A stretch of DNA of 20,000 nt from Chiloscyllium plagiosum (lineage: Eukaryota). Position 1 is the first letter of the stretch; each line of letters starts with the position of its first letter. The stretch spans positions 2,354,819 to 2,374,818 of the forward strand of contig NC_057758.1 in assembly GCF_004010195.1 (NCBI RefSeq), written 5' to 3'. The notes under the pieces are model-generated. The model searched no databases, had not been told where the DNA came from, and worked only from the letters and a program-made list of their open reading frames with translations. Both the position numbers and the translations under genes were made by a program. This document shows positions 19,963 to 20,000 of this stretch, piece after piece.

Positions 19963-20000
19963 CATAGAACATAGAAGAATACAGCGCAGTACAGGCCCTT
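19962..20000 (-). mobile_element. 3' tail of a CR1 LINE inserted into ERV gag; continues beyond the window
   Basis: ACATAGAACATAGAAGAATACAGCGCAGTACAGGCCCTT is nearly the exact reverse complement of the tail at ~833-871. Confidence 0.85.

Noticed and set aside
833..20000. Matching inverted CR1 tails at both ends of the window as the ends of one large element
   Set aside because: They are ordinary 3' tails of two independent insertions of the same abundant CR1 subfamily; the right one interrupts ERV gag.

Overview
Repeat-dense vertebrate genomic DNA, almost certainly from a cartilaginous fish (shark): it carries HE1-type tRNA-derived SINEs and HER1/CR1-type LINEs with shared 3' tails. Most of the window is decayed mobile DNA: many CR1 LINE fragments, three HE1-like SINEs, a 5'-inverted Penelope-like element, a Tigger/MER2-like MITE, and the 5' end of a HERV-I-like class I endogenous retrovirus (LTR, tRNA-Pro PBS, splice donor, broken gag). 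There are also two assembly gaps and a ~1.2 kb CA-rich tract. The one host-gene signal is a minus-strand first coding exon (7698-7527) of a GPR139/GPR142-like rhodopsin-class GPCR, ending in a phase-1 donor inside TM1; its second exon is not visible in the window. Its proximal promoter has a homeodomain site (TAATTG) 2 bp from an O/E(EBF)-like site, an architecture typical of olfactory-receptor promoters. This suggests the hypothesis that shark GPR139-like genes form an unrecognised chemoreceptor family. All family assignments come from motif recognition and recall, not database searches.
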